Below, in pieces: positions 34,785 to 46,232 of a DNA stretch of 64,000 bases. This stretch comes from Cystobasidiomycetes sp. EMM_F5 (lineage: Eukaryota). A program made the position numbers and the translations under genes. Position 1 is the first letter of the stretch, and the number at the start of each line of letters is the position of its first letter. The notes below the pieces were generated by a model, which saw only the letters and a list, made by a program, of their open reading frames with translations, was not told where the DNA came from and did no database searches. The stretch covers positions 372,001-436,000 of the forward strand of contig JBPGPT010000011.1 of NCBI GenBank assembly GCA_051047955.1, read 5' to 3'.

Positions 34785-37700
34785 TCAAGCATATTTGCGT
34801 TCAGCGAGTTGACAAGCTTCCAGCAGGACTCGCTGTCCCCCGTTTGCTATCCTGTCGCGGATGATGTAGATCAATTCATCACGGCTAAGGGGAATAAATA
34901 TATGGTCAGATCGGTAGTTGTCGGAGAAGTAGACACTCACTCCGTAGTACCAAACTTAACATCCACGGTACAGCTAATATGCTCAGCAATGGCTTCCATA
35001 GTTTGAGAGGCCATCTCTTCTCCAGTGAGCTCGAAAGTCACGGTGAATTCCGAACGCGAAGTAGGACAGTATACTCGTACCGCAGCGCGGAGAAACGGCG
35101 CAGGCCGTGATTTCTTGGTGTAGACTGAGAGTGCTACTGGGTAGCGGTGCGTTACCAGGATGAGCTCCTCTCGTAATTTGCGGGCGTTTGTCCATAGATG
35201 GCCGATACGGCGCAGCAAGTGCTGTAAGTATGGAACTTTTAGATGAAACGCCAGCAAGACAACGTAATCACTGGTCACCTTTGCTTGCGTGCCCACCGCT
35301 TCTCCAATATGGCTGTCCAAACGATCGAACAAGAATGCGGTCAAGACTCGGCGAGTCTCGTCCAAACGTGAGGTGTCGAGCAAGTTTGCTTCGTAATCCT
35401 TTATGACGCCGTTACCACCCAAAACAAGGGTCAAGGAGATTTCTTTACGGTGCATCAGTTCGATACGGGTAGAGTCAAGACGAGTGAGTGTCCAGCTTTG
35501 CGAAGATTGCAGAAGATCGTACTCTTCCAGCAGTCTGTACATTTCACCTTGCGTGTAAAACCGGACTTCATCGCATACTTTCGAAACCTTTGCGATGGCT
35601 TGTCGATGCGTATCAGCTGTCTTGACAAGCTCATCAGTCTTTGCCAATAAGTGTCCAAGGTGAGACTGTGCTTCGACATTGGCTCTTCGGAAGTCTTCGA
35701 GTGATGCACTGAATGCGACAATCTCGTTAGTATGCAGTACAGGGAGAAGATTCTCATGAATCAGCTCACTTCTGCTCCGCAATGGCCGCTCTCAGCTCCC
35801 TGGCATGCTCGACGTCTACTGTATCCAGCTCTGCTTGTTTCTGTTTTTCGCTTTCGAGCTCGGCTCGCAGCGCAGCAGCGCGACTTCGCAGGTCGGGTAA
35901 CACAGCTTCCACATTCTTCCGCGTTTCAGCAACGAATGCATGATCCGATTCTAGGCCGGCTATGTTGGGTTTCAAAACAGTCTCGACGAGCTCGCTCATG
36001 ACATTCGAGCGGAAATTATACCACTCATTGCGGGTCGTGAGGCGGCATAAGGTCTTTGTGAGCTTGAATTGAGTCTGCAACACCTAGATTAGCCTGACAT
36101 CAACACAAAGAGTGAACACGCTTACATCTAGTGCAGCGCGCTGCGAGTCACTGGCATGTAGGTATTCCGAGAATATGCTGGGCGCATCATCGTTGGCGCT
36201 GTCCTCGATTTCATCAATCTGCTGAGAGTTGTTACGGAGGTGATCCCGAAGCTCTCTCGCCATCTGTTATCAGGCAAGGGGAATCGCACAACAACAAAGC
36301 CTTGTCAGCCCGCCGTGCTAACAAGCCAGCGTAATCAGCACGTACCATACGATAAGCCTCGATGACGGGGATGATACTTCCGCTAGCGATCAGCTGATCA
36401 GCCAATGTCGGTTCCCGGTTCTCAGAACCTCCCTCGGCTGCTGCGTCGATGCCGTCAGCAGCAAAGCGGGAAGCGATCAAGCTTTTCCGAGCTTTATGAG
36501 CACCACCAGCTTGTGATGCAGAGAGTAGCGTGTCCATGAATTGCACATCTGTCATCTGCAGGAATTGCTCGAGCGTCATTGACGGCGAACCTTCTTCCAC
36601 AGCGGCATCAAATCCCTCCGACATTGGTGCATCGCTCGTTGGATGTGGTGTTGCAAGCGGCGGCATGACCGCATCAGGGACATTGTGGTTCAGAGCAGAC
36701 ACCAGCGGTATACTGGCACCTCTACTGGCGGCTAGTGCCCCCGTAGTAGGGATAGGTGAAGCGGGTTCCTCCACTTCTCTTCCGTCAGCTTGCATGACTT
36801 CAACGCTTGACATGCGCTGCATTGACGGGGTAAGACCACTGGCAAATGCGGGTACATTACGTGCTCCCGGTCTGAGCTTTTTGGTCGGGGATTGCGATGC
36901 AGCTCTTGTTGGCGAAGCAGCTCGCTTACTAGGAAATTGAGCGGGGGTATTCTGAATCAAAGTCGGCGCGACAGCATTCTGACGACTGCTTGTAGTTTGC
37001 AAGAGGGCTCGACCTGGACTTTGTGGGGCTTTGGCAGCTGGCGCTGGGATACGAGATGCAATCTGGCTAGATCGAGGAGCAGGAGCGGGTATCCGACCAG
37101 GACTACGAGAGGGGAGAGCTGACGCACTTGGCGTGGTGGAAGTGCTTCCAAAGACATCTTTCGGATTTGTTGAGGAGGATAGATCGAACATATTACCCGT
37201 GATTCGTTCGGATGGAGCGAGGGTCTGTGCGCTGAGGGATGGCAAAGACACGGAGGAAGCCAGCGATTGTCTCCTCTTCAAGACGCTCTTGATGGGACTC
37301 GGGGATCGACCAATTGATAATCTCCTTGCATCTGAACTATCGAGCACCATGTTTAATGACGGCTTTTCGGGCGTGCCACTCGTTGCGGGAGCGGTGGTCG
37401 CGACGCTTTCGAGAGGCGTAGGATGCGCTATACTCAATCGTCGCGACTGAACAGAAACCGCAGAAGTCAAGACAGATGCATTTACGAGTTGCATGTCCTG
37501 AGTCTCGTCATCTTCCACGTCATTACCGTTACCGGTTGTCGTGTCTCCATATACCATCGAAGGCTCTTCTGCCAGCTCTGGAACGACACTCAGACGAGTC
37601 GCACGAGGCACGAAGACGGGTGCGGGGAGCGGTTCATAGATCTGCCCTTCTTCGTTTCGTGTTTCCCAAGGTCCGTGCTCAGGGGGTCCGTGCGCCGACT

Positions 37701-39717
37701 CTTTGATAGATTGCGGCGCGGTCACTTGCGTAGACATGTCCATTGTCGCCTGCGACATCCCACCATCATCCTCGTCTTCGTCGAGGAACGCCAGAGCCTG
37801 CTCTCCCAGAGTCTTCGTCAGAAGTGCTCGTTTTGCAGCTTCGGTACTCGGACTGCCATCCAGCACATTCTCCACACCTTCCGTCTCTTCGCTTGCAACT
37901 CTCCCAAACACCGTCGCAAAGACGTTGGACATCCTTCTCGTATCCTGCACGACGCTCATATCCATTTCCCCATCTTCTGTCATTTCAGACCTATCCGCAT
38001 ACTCTGCTGCACCAGATAGCGCTGGTGGTGGACCTGTAAACACTCCGTCATTCTCCTTGTCGGCATTCAAGTCTGGCGAATGGATGTTCCGGAAGGCATC
38101 GTTGATGCCACTTGTCGATGAAGCGGTTGCGGTTGCGTAGAATGCCAGCGTTCCATTTCTAATCTTTTCGGATCGTGCCTTTTCGATAGCTTCTTCGTCG
38201 ATCCCTTCGCTGCCTAGCGGAACTGCATATTCGCGGGGTGCGTCTTCATCACCAACGACATGCGACTCGTCTTGGGTCGTGTCGGGCGAGTGTGCTTCTG
38301 CAAGTGAAGGTCGACCAAAGAGATGCGTACTACTCGCAAATGCACTCGTCACATCGTCATTCCCACCCGGTGCCGATCCAACCAGATCCATCCCGCTCTC
38401 ATCCAGTCCGTCATCCGTCAAGGCCATACTCTGCTCTTGCAGGCTCTCTGCTTGTGCCACTGCAGTCTGCCACGACACCTGCGTAGACGCCTGATTAGGG
38501 GATTGTCTCGGAAAGATAAAAGCGGCCTTGAATGCCTGTGTCGTCTCCTCGCCATTGTCGGTATCGACAATAGACATGTCGACGCCTTCTTCAAAAGTCG
38601 TGTCGCTAATCATTGGAAGGTGCGAGACATCTACTCCCTCAGACAATGCACGTACTGGGATGTCTGTAGACATGCTCTCTGCCATGGTCGCCGTGTTTGG
38701 CATACTGCTTCGCCGACGATGGCCATTGGATGCTACTCCACGAATAGAAGAGCGGCGGGATCGAGGAGATCGTGAAGATGTCACTGAGGGACTGGCTAGA
38801 ATAGGGTCGGCACTGCCGAGGTTGAAGGCGGCTGGCGGATGGAATGGCGATGTCAATCCGGAGAGTTGGAGATTGGCTGGCAATTGCGGAAAGGGTGCAG
38901 CGTTGCCTGGTGAAACACAAGTTAGCCGAGATTGCGGTGTTTAACCTAGACAAGTGGTGTCTTGTGCTCACTTGCATCATCCTCGTCTGCGAGATCTTTG
39001 TCTTTTGTAAATTCTCTGCAGGACGCGCGATACCAACATTCAGCCGCGAGTAACCATCGTTCGTATCTGGAATCCCACCTCATCTGCGCAGTCGGAGCAA
39101 AACTGACTCTCCTGCTCTGTCTTCTCGTAGTGTTTGCATTTTCCGCGTCTGCTTCGTCGTTGCTCTGCGCTACTCCGGTGTTGCCCAGTATCGCTGTCGC
39201 CAGAATTCCGGTATACTCGTGCAGTGTCGCCGTGTATGCGTGCGTTGTAGTGTCATTTTCGTAGGGTCGATATAGAGGGTATGTTGCATCGTCTATTCCA
39301 TGTATCCCAGACTGGCTGGCCTTGAGGATCGATTTGCGTGGAGCCTGCGAGTGTATATTGTGTTAGTCGAGTTCTCGTTGATGGGCGGTATTTCCATCAA
39401 ACGTAAACACACCAGACTCCGCCGAAGCCGTTCTGGGGGGTTAAAAGGACGTGGAGGGAGGAGTATGGCACGATGATATGGATGATTGGTTTATTGATTG
39501 AGGGATAGATTGCAATGACCACCGTCAGCCACGTCGACGTCCATGTATATCTCCACCCACTCCTCGGACTGAGCACCACCCCCTTTCCCTCTCCCTGCTC
39601 CCTCTGCATCTCATCCACCCCGCTCATGCTCTTTGCCCTCCTCTTGCGCAGTGCATGGTCGGGGATGTTGTCCCTCTCCGTCCAGCCCGCCATGGCCTTG
39701 AGGGGCGATCGGGACAT
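34785..39717 (-). CDS. SPC105: Kinetochore scaffold Spc105/Spc7/KNL1
   Basis: PP1 motifs APRKSILK (near 39320-39345) and SRRVSFAP (near 39100-39120); MELT-like repeats (GMDLV, EMDMS, TMDMS); Spc7 domain MTLEQFLQMTDVQFMD...QTQFKLTKTLCRLTTRNEWYNFR; coiled coil; start at MSRSPLK inferred. Confidence 0.88.
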
Positions 39718-39747
39718 TTGGGCGGCAGAGGGAGAAGATGCAGAGAC

Positions 39748-39819
39748 CCGTTGAACGGAAAGTGTCTCTACGACCGTTGGGCGTGTCTTTCCGAGCGTCC
39801 ACGAGGAGCCGTTGAACGG
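39748..39819. promoter_or_regulatory. Cluster of palindromic CCGTT-G-AACGG (Myb/MSA-like) sites upstream of SPC105
   Basis: CCGTTGAACGG at 39748-39758 and 39809-39819, plus CCGTTG at 39774-39779, 30-100 bp upstream of the inferred ATG. Confidence 0.45.
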
Positions 39820-40189
39820 TTCAGTGACAAAGTGTGCCTGATCGAGTGTTTACTGATTATGTAAGCGAGGAGTGACTCTGGACATGTCTCCTTCTTAGGA
39901 CTCCTTCCCCCTTCGCGCTGACTAAGAGCACTCTGCAGCCTGCTGACATGTGACTCTGACAGCATCGCCGTCGCTGCATCCGGCGATGTCGAGGCAGTGG
40001 AGGCAGTGGAGACTCAATCTATGTATCGCTGAAAGAGTGTGGGGGGAGTCTGCATACGTACACACTGACCAACACACACTCACACACCCTGCTAGATGCA
40101 GTGGACATCTCTGCAGCCGGATCTGCCAGGTGACTAACTGACACCACATCGATAGACGCGACAGACGCGACTCGACTCGCAGCTCGTGC

Positions 40190-40837
40190 ATGGGTCGCGA
40201 TTCATCACGCTCCTGCGGGCGACGCACAAACCTCGCAATCCTCTACGCCATCGACATTGCAGTCGTCGTCTTCATCTACCTCGCTACCGACAAGGCCTAC
40301 GGGACGGGCCACTTTAGCATCTTTAAAGGGACAATCACCCTCGAGGACTCATACAAGATTGTAGGCATATCCGGTGGTCCAATCGCAGGTCCGATCAACG
40401 AAAAGAGGGAGTTTTACCTCCTCCTCCACCGCATAGCAATGGCCGAACTGGCAGCCGTATCTACAATCCATACCATCGCTGAATTCGTAGAGTACTACCG
40501 ACGCAAAAAGTATGGAGACGCAAACTTTGAATCATCCGTATGGGCAAACGTCTTTGGCGTACTCTACTTTGTCGGATGGCTCTACGCGCTCGGCATATCC
40601 GCAGTAGGGTTTGTCATTTGCGCAATAGACTACTCGCACCAGTACCTCCACACCGACAATGACTTTAAAGGTGTGTCAGTGTCGCCAAAGGAGGGGGCTC
40701 AGTTTGCAGCAGTAGCGTGCGCACTCCTCCTCATCGGGGGGCTGTGGCGCATCATTGCCAGGGGAACTCACCAAAACGGAACGGCAAAGAGCGGTGCCCA
40801 TGAAGCAGACGAAAAGGCAGTCAGGATAAACATGTGA
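40190..40837 (+). CDS. Tetraspan membrane protein T1 (SUR7/PalI/claudin-like topology), intronless
   Basis: 215-aa ORF with four hydrophobic segments; aligns over its full length with 41615-42294; both end EKAVRINM. Confidence 0.8.
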   Translation: MGRDSSRSCGRRTNLAILYAIDIAVVVFIYLATDKAYGTGHFSIFKGTITLEDSYKIVGISGGPIAGPINEKREFYLLLHRIAMAELAAVSTIHTIAEFVEYYRRKKYGDANFESSVWANVFGVLYFVGWLYALGISAVGFVICAIDYSHQYLHTDNDFKGVSVSPKEGAQFAAVACALLLIGGLWRIIARGTHQNGTAKSGAHEADEKAVRINM

Positions 40838-41614
40838 CGGGGATGGATCGTCAATGTCCTTTTCGCCCTTGTCTAGTGAAGACAGCGCAGCATGGTCTCG
40901 GACAACTGTTTCTGCCCGCCGTGGCAGATCTGTGGAGCCGATACCCGTCGCGCTAAACCCGTCACAGGAGCTCACACGATGGAGACGACGATGCTTGAGT
41001 CATACCCTGTTGACTCGACCTCTTTTCAGCTCTCCATGACGGTAGTTGTCGAGACACCTTTGAGAGCAACGAACAGCAAATTTACGCGCATGCTAATCCG
41101 AGCCTCGCTACGGGACAGCCGTCGGTGACCCAGAGGCGGTCAGCAGTGGAGCAAGCTCACGTAGCGCTTAAGAACGCTCGAGGTTTCCGCCTCACTTACA
41201 ATCTGTAAATAGGTGTCCAGCCCGTAATATACGTATTTTTCAGTCGACAAGAGAACTGCTCAATGATATCCATTGACGAGGCGAATCACTAACGAGCGGT
41301 AGCTGACAGTAAAGAAACATACACTTTTCCGTTACCCGAAGGCCGAACACAGCACCCTTTCATGCTCCTCGGACAAAGTGCCAGCACCGCTCGTCGAGTG
41401 TCGCTTTCGTCTGTCACACCGCCTGAAAGATGGGAGGTTGTGCTTTCAACCTGTCTTTCGCTTGTCAAACTTTAGCGCAACGATATTTGGCATGCACCAG
41501 AGCTGTCTCGAAACGTGCGGACCCTGCTGGCCATCACGAACACGCTCTCTTGAAAGACCTCCTAACGCATCCATCGAATCGACACCGTAGTACGCGACGA
41601 GGATCTACCCTTGT

Positions 41615-42294
41615 ATGGGTCGCAGGGTCAACCTCGTCATCCTGTATGCTCTGGATATAATTGCCGTTTACTGCATTAAGCTGTCGACCGAAAGAGCTTA
41701 CGCTACTGGACATTGGTCCATCTTCAAGGGGACTATTACTCTTAATCAGACCTACAAGATTGTCGTAAGTGGCCTGTCAATCCATCCGAAGCATATCAAG
41801 TGATGACACCCCAAAATCAGGGCATCTCAGGCGGACCTATCGCTGGACCCATCAACGCCAAACGAACTGATCTGTTGCACAAGCACATGATTGCTATATT
41901 TGTGCTGGCTGGTGTTTCCTCGCTCCACACTCTCGTCGAGCTTGCCTACTACTACCGCGGGAAGAAGGTCGGAGACACGCACTATGACTGGTCATGGTGG
42001 CTCTCTGGAGTCGTTGGCGTGGCATACTTTATAGGCTGGACCTACGCCGTCGTCATATCTGGCTTTGGATTCATCATTTGCGCTCTCCAGTTTCTGCACG
42101 ATAAAGCGGGCGTAAATAACTCTTTTAGTGGATTATCAGTGTCGCCTCAGCAGGGAGCACAATTTGCAGCCATTGCATGCGCCCTCCTTCTCGTTAGTGG
42201 TGTGGGCAGAGTCGTCGCGACGTGCATCCGACAGACCGGGTCATCGAAAGCAGATCAGGACGTGGAGGAAAAGGCCGTGCGTATCAACATGTAG
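41615..42294 (+). CDS. Tetraspan membrane protein T2, tandem paralog of T1, one intron
   Basis: MGRRVNLVILYALDI...SIFKGTITLNQTYKIV/GISGGPIAGPIN...GAQFAAIACALLL...EKAVRINM; intron 41765-41820 (GTAAGT...CAG). Confidence 0.8.
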
Positions 42295-43065
42295 CCAGTG
42301 GCATGCACAGTCAGCTTGTGGTTGAGAGTATTCAGCTTCACATATACCGCGTATACGTAATATTCAGTCTATACTGTCTTCCGACTGTAGCGCCAGTCTA
42401 TGCATATGAGCCTTGCATTGTCCGGTTACCATCTTGACCAGGCTCTCAGCCATAATGTATAAGCATGCATTCATTCTCCCACGCCCCGTTATGGATTCTC
42501 CCGCTCTTTACGCCTCCTTTCCACGCTCCTCCTGTCGCGAACCTGACGCGCCCCGCTCATGATCTCAGTCCGAGGGGTCTTCATTTGCCAAGATGTAGAA
42601 CTTTTGCAATGTGGCCTCGCTGAGGCGTAGGTGACCTGCACGCCTTTCACCTAGGACGGTGATTGAAAGACATCTCGACGGTACGATATCCGGTCAACGG
42701 CTTGGGTGGTAGCAGTATCAAACGCAAAGGGCGACGCCTCGAATCCCCAGTACATCCAGGGCTCGACGTTGGGTTGGTTGCGGCGAGAGGTCGCGCGTTA
42801 CAGGGTGCAGGCAGAGGGTCTTGGTGACTGAGGCGCAGTCCGAAATCGTAAGCGGGGTTACATTTTCGCGGCCTTTTGCGAAGCGCTGAGATTGCACGTT
42901 CATTGGCTGTATCCTCTCCTTTGCAAAATTCCGTCTCATCGCAAAGACTCAATATCACGCTCCTTCATCTCCCGCCGTCAAATCACCGTCAATACTCCGA
43001 CCCTCGCTGTCAAATCCCAGCGGTCACCTGTGTCGACAATCAAGATCTCACACGTCTCAGCAGCC

Positions 43066-43871
43066 ATGCGTAGCTTTCCCAGCCTATGGAGCACTGTCAC
43101 CACCGCGACAGTCGTCTTCCTGGCCTGTTCGAGTGTCGCAGATGCCGTATGGGTCGATTTGCTAGGTCTGCGCATTCGAGCGTACTGACATACTTTTTGC
43201 TCTTGCAGCTTGATAACACCAACAACAACAACAACGAGATTCGCATGATCAGGATGCGCAGAGAATCCAATCAGGATGTACAAGAACGCTGGCTCTTGTT
43301 TGGAAATGGATCGCCAAGCCGCTCGTCAAGCGTAACAACCGCACAAACTGTCATTGGAAGTCCATCATCCGTCTCTACCGCTTCGACTGCCTCTTCGACG
43401 TCTTACTCGAATGACAACAACGATGACACTGAGAAGGCTGCTGCTTCTCGATACTGGGCTCGGATGAATGAGGCAGACCATGACGACCGCCGACATGGCG
43501 CTGACATGGACGGAGCGGACGACTCTGATACCGAAAAGGCCTGGGGTATGAGGTTCTGGAAGCGTGTCGTCTTTTTTGGCAAATCGCAAGGAGGACACAA
43601 GAGTGGAGAAGCGTCGCCGGAGCAGAATTTTGGTATGGAACGGTACTGGGCACGCGATAACGGCGATGACGAGGGCGCCACCGAAAAGAACTGGAGTCTC
43701 GGCAGATGGTGGGCAAGACGTAATGATGGTGACGCGCAAGCCGCCATCCCGCTACGCAAACGCATTCTGTTTGATAGCCCATCGAGTGATCAAGCACATG
43801 TCGACGAACCTGCTTCCAACAGCGGAGACGATCGCGATACCTCGCAGGCATGGGCTTATCGGGCGTGGTAG
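43066..43871 (+). CDS. Secreted Kex2-processed repeat peptide precursor 2 (about 247 aa, five RxW cores)
   Basis: Signal peptide MRSFPSLWSTVTTATVVFLACSSVADA; phase-0 intron 43147-43208; repeats DTEK-AAASRYW-AR, DTEK-AWGMRFW-KR, PEQ-NFGMERYW-AR, ATEK-NWSLGRWW-ARR, DTSQ-AWAYRAW*. Confidence 0.85.
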
Positions 43872-45652
43872 CTCTTCGACTGGGTAGTAGGCCAGCAATT
43901 TGGTGAGTGTAGCTGACACTGCTTGTAAGGTTATTTCACAACGCTGACGTGATGGATCAAGCAACAGACATATGCAGCTCTTCAGCGTATTGCAGTCGAC
44001 CGACTGAATGCGGTGCCTTTGCAGCAGGTCTGCAACGAACGCTGGCTGCATCTTGTCGATTTCCACAGGTCCATTCTGGACAATTCATGTTTGGCGTTAT
44101 CTGGCAAAGGTTTGCAAAGGGGAAGTGAAAGGGTCCCAGTGAGCAATGGACAATTTATCAATCTATTTCGTATTCAATGTTGGGTGCAGCATTGCTGTCA
44201 ACTTTCCCCGGATCATATGCTCGAGCCATACGTGACCAAGCTCTTTTGCGTCAGAAAAGTAACATTGATTGCTGCTATGGTGCTTAGTGTGCGATTGATA
44301 GGTTCATGAGAATACTAGACTTCGAGGTTATGCGACGCGTTGTTTACAAAAAATGTCAGGCACTACAGTCTGCGTCTGAAGAGCATTGCTGCGCTTTGCG
44401 GATCCCGCACACAGACTGCGAATATGCTGTGCTGAAGCGACACGGTGCACCTTCCTGTAGCATGGTGTGCTCTCTCCGACATTCTGCTTGGGCGTGCTCG
44501 TCCTTCCATGCTCTGCTCAGCTGAGGTGAGATGGCAATGTTATCAGCAGCCCGGAGCCAGTCGTCATATGCCTGCCTGCTTCACATCGTCATCGCAGTCG
44601 TCACTATACGCATCGATGAGATATCGAAGCTCGCGCCAATAAACCAAGCTGGGGTCAGTAGTCACTGTCGCGCGATTCCGGACCCGAATCGAGGCTACCA
44701 CGAAACGGCGTCGCGATAAGTGTGACCAGCGATTTGGTGACACGTACACCGTAGCTCTTGGCTAGCATTCGTGGAGTACGTCAGTGGTGCAATGTGCAAG
44801 ATACGTGTGCGAGCGAAGTCGTACGGCCTCGCGTGCATAATAGCTGCCTGGCCAATTGCAAGGCCTGCCAACGACAAGGGAATAGCAACTCAAGAGGGAC
44901 AAGAAGAAGTCGTATTTCCGCGTACTTTATATTTCAGCAAGCACCCATCAGGAAACAAACTATCTTATTGCTCAGCGGGGTAGACTTCGGACCCAAAAAG
45001 GCGGAATACGAGCATGAATACCAATTGCAATACAGAATTTGAACGGCAGACTGATTCTAACGCGAGGCATTGACGTACAGAGTGTAAATGGTGTTACACT
45101 GCCAGTATTCGAAGCCATGATTGTGTCCACCGCCTCGCACACCTGCACGTTTCGCGCCCTTCGACTTGGCAGGCTGCTACTCGCGGTGAGGCTGCTGACT
45201 AGCTGTCGGCATAAGCTCTGGGCTGCTGACACCGCAAGAGATAAGGAAGCAGAGGGTCGCTGATATCGGCCAAAAGAGGAAAGCTACAGCTGCTTGGGAC
45301 CGCCACGCGGACTCAAAACATGTCTGTGCCTGGGAATAGATGGCACCAAAATGGAAACTATACAGGACAAGCCCTGGCGCGTAGACGGTGCACAGAGGCC
45401 CGCGAGCATTTATCTCACTCGTACAGAGTCAGGGATTGGAGGCCAGGACTTCACACGCTCAACTTTGCTGTGCTCCCGAGCAAAAAAATGTGCAAATCTG
45501 GCGGCTAGCCCGCATGAAATTCTGCCGCTGGCGCAACAGCCAACCTGCAGGCGTTGGGGCAGTGGGCGATAGTTCTTGCTTTCATTCTCTTACCACCTCG
45601 CTGTACACTCTACATCTACTGGACGCTGTAGGCACCTGACAAACCTGCCAAC

Positions 45653-46232
45653 ATGCGCTTCCTCATCACACTCGTTGCAATCTCTGCGTTCATCGCTTCG
45701 GCCAGTGCGACGTTCTTCCCGCCTTCACCGCCGCAATCAACGTGAGTGCAACCAGCTGCAAGTCGCATGATTGTTCCGCCATGGCTGACAGTAATTACCC
45801 ATTGCAGCACCACGAGCAAGTTCGTTTGCCCAGATGATAGGCGTTCCAACGTGGCCGACCGTGCCCCCATTGACTCTCTAAACGTCGTCGGAGTCAAGCT
45901 CATCTGCACATATAAGGGCTTCACTAGCTTTGTTATCCCACGAACGTGCACGTACGAGATTTTGCTAGACGGTAGCCTCATCCTGGATACAGATCAAGGT
46001 GAGGCGAGATTCCAAGCGTTTCTTGCACTTTATTTGTTTCTGACTTGTTAAATTCTTCAATGCAGGCCAATGTGCCCTCAAGGCCGACACTGTCGTCTCG
46101 CAGCGCCGCAAGAGAGCTGCTCGTCGTGCTGCCGAGCATGCTGCCCGCGCACCCAAGGCCTCCATCGACAGCTACACAGACAACATGAGGGCGATGGCAC
46201 GTGTCAAGATGGCCCGCAAAGCGAGGGCGTAG
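45653..46232 (+). CDS. Small secreted Cys-rich protein with RRKR site and basic C-terminal tail
   Basis: MRFLITLVAISAFIASASA signal; FVCPDD..LICTY..TCTY..LILDTDQ/GQCALKA..QRRKRAARR..MARKARA*; introns 45742-45807 and 45999-46065. Confidence 0.78.

Noticed and set aside
36530..38944. Multiple 100-200 aa plus-strand ORFs over SPC105, and similar antisense ORFs elsewhere
   Set aside because: Shadow frames of real genes with no protein-like motifs
39940..40190. Low-complexity CA and GAC-rich tract as a possible repeat element or array
   Set aside because: Short and degenerate with no regular repeat-spacer periodicity; consistent with ordinary promoter sequence
40190..40837. RIP-like or foreign codon bias (TTT-rich Phe codons) in T1
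   Set aside because: Paralog T2 shows the same preference and the ORF is intact
43066..43871. Basidiomycete lipopeptide mating pheromone precursor
   Set aside because: Repeats lack CaaX cysteines, the protein has a signal peptide, and no STE3 receptor is in the window
43900..45600. Short ORFs between precursor 2 and the Cys-rich gene
   Set aside because: No recognisable motifs or consistent splice model; treated as intergenic
28339..46232. Dikaritin (ustiloxin-type) RiPP cluster
   Set aside because: No DUF3328/UstYa HxxHC protein, tyrosinase or P450 is seen nearby; modification in trans cannot be excluded
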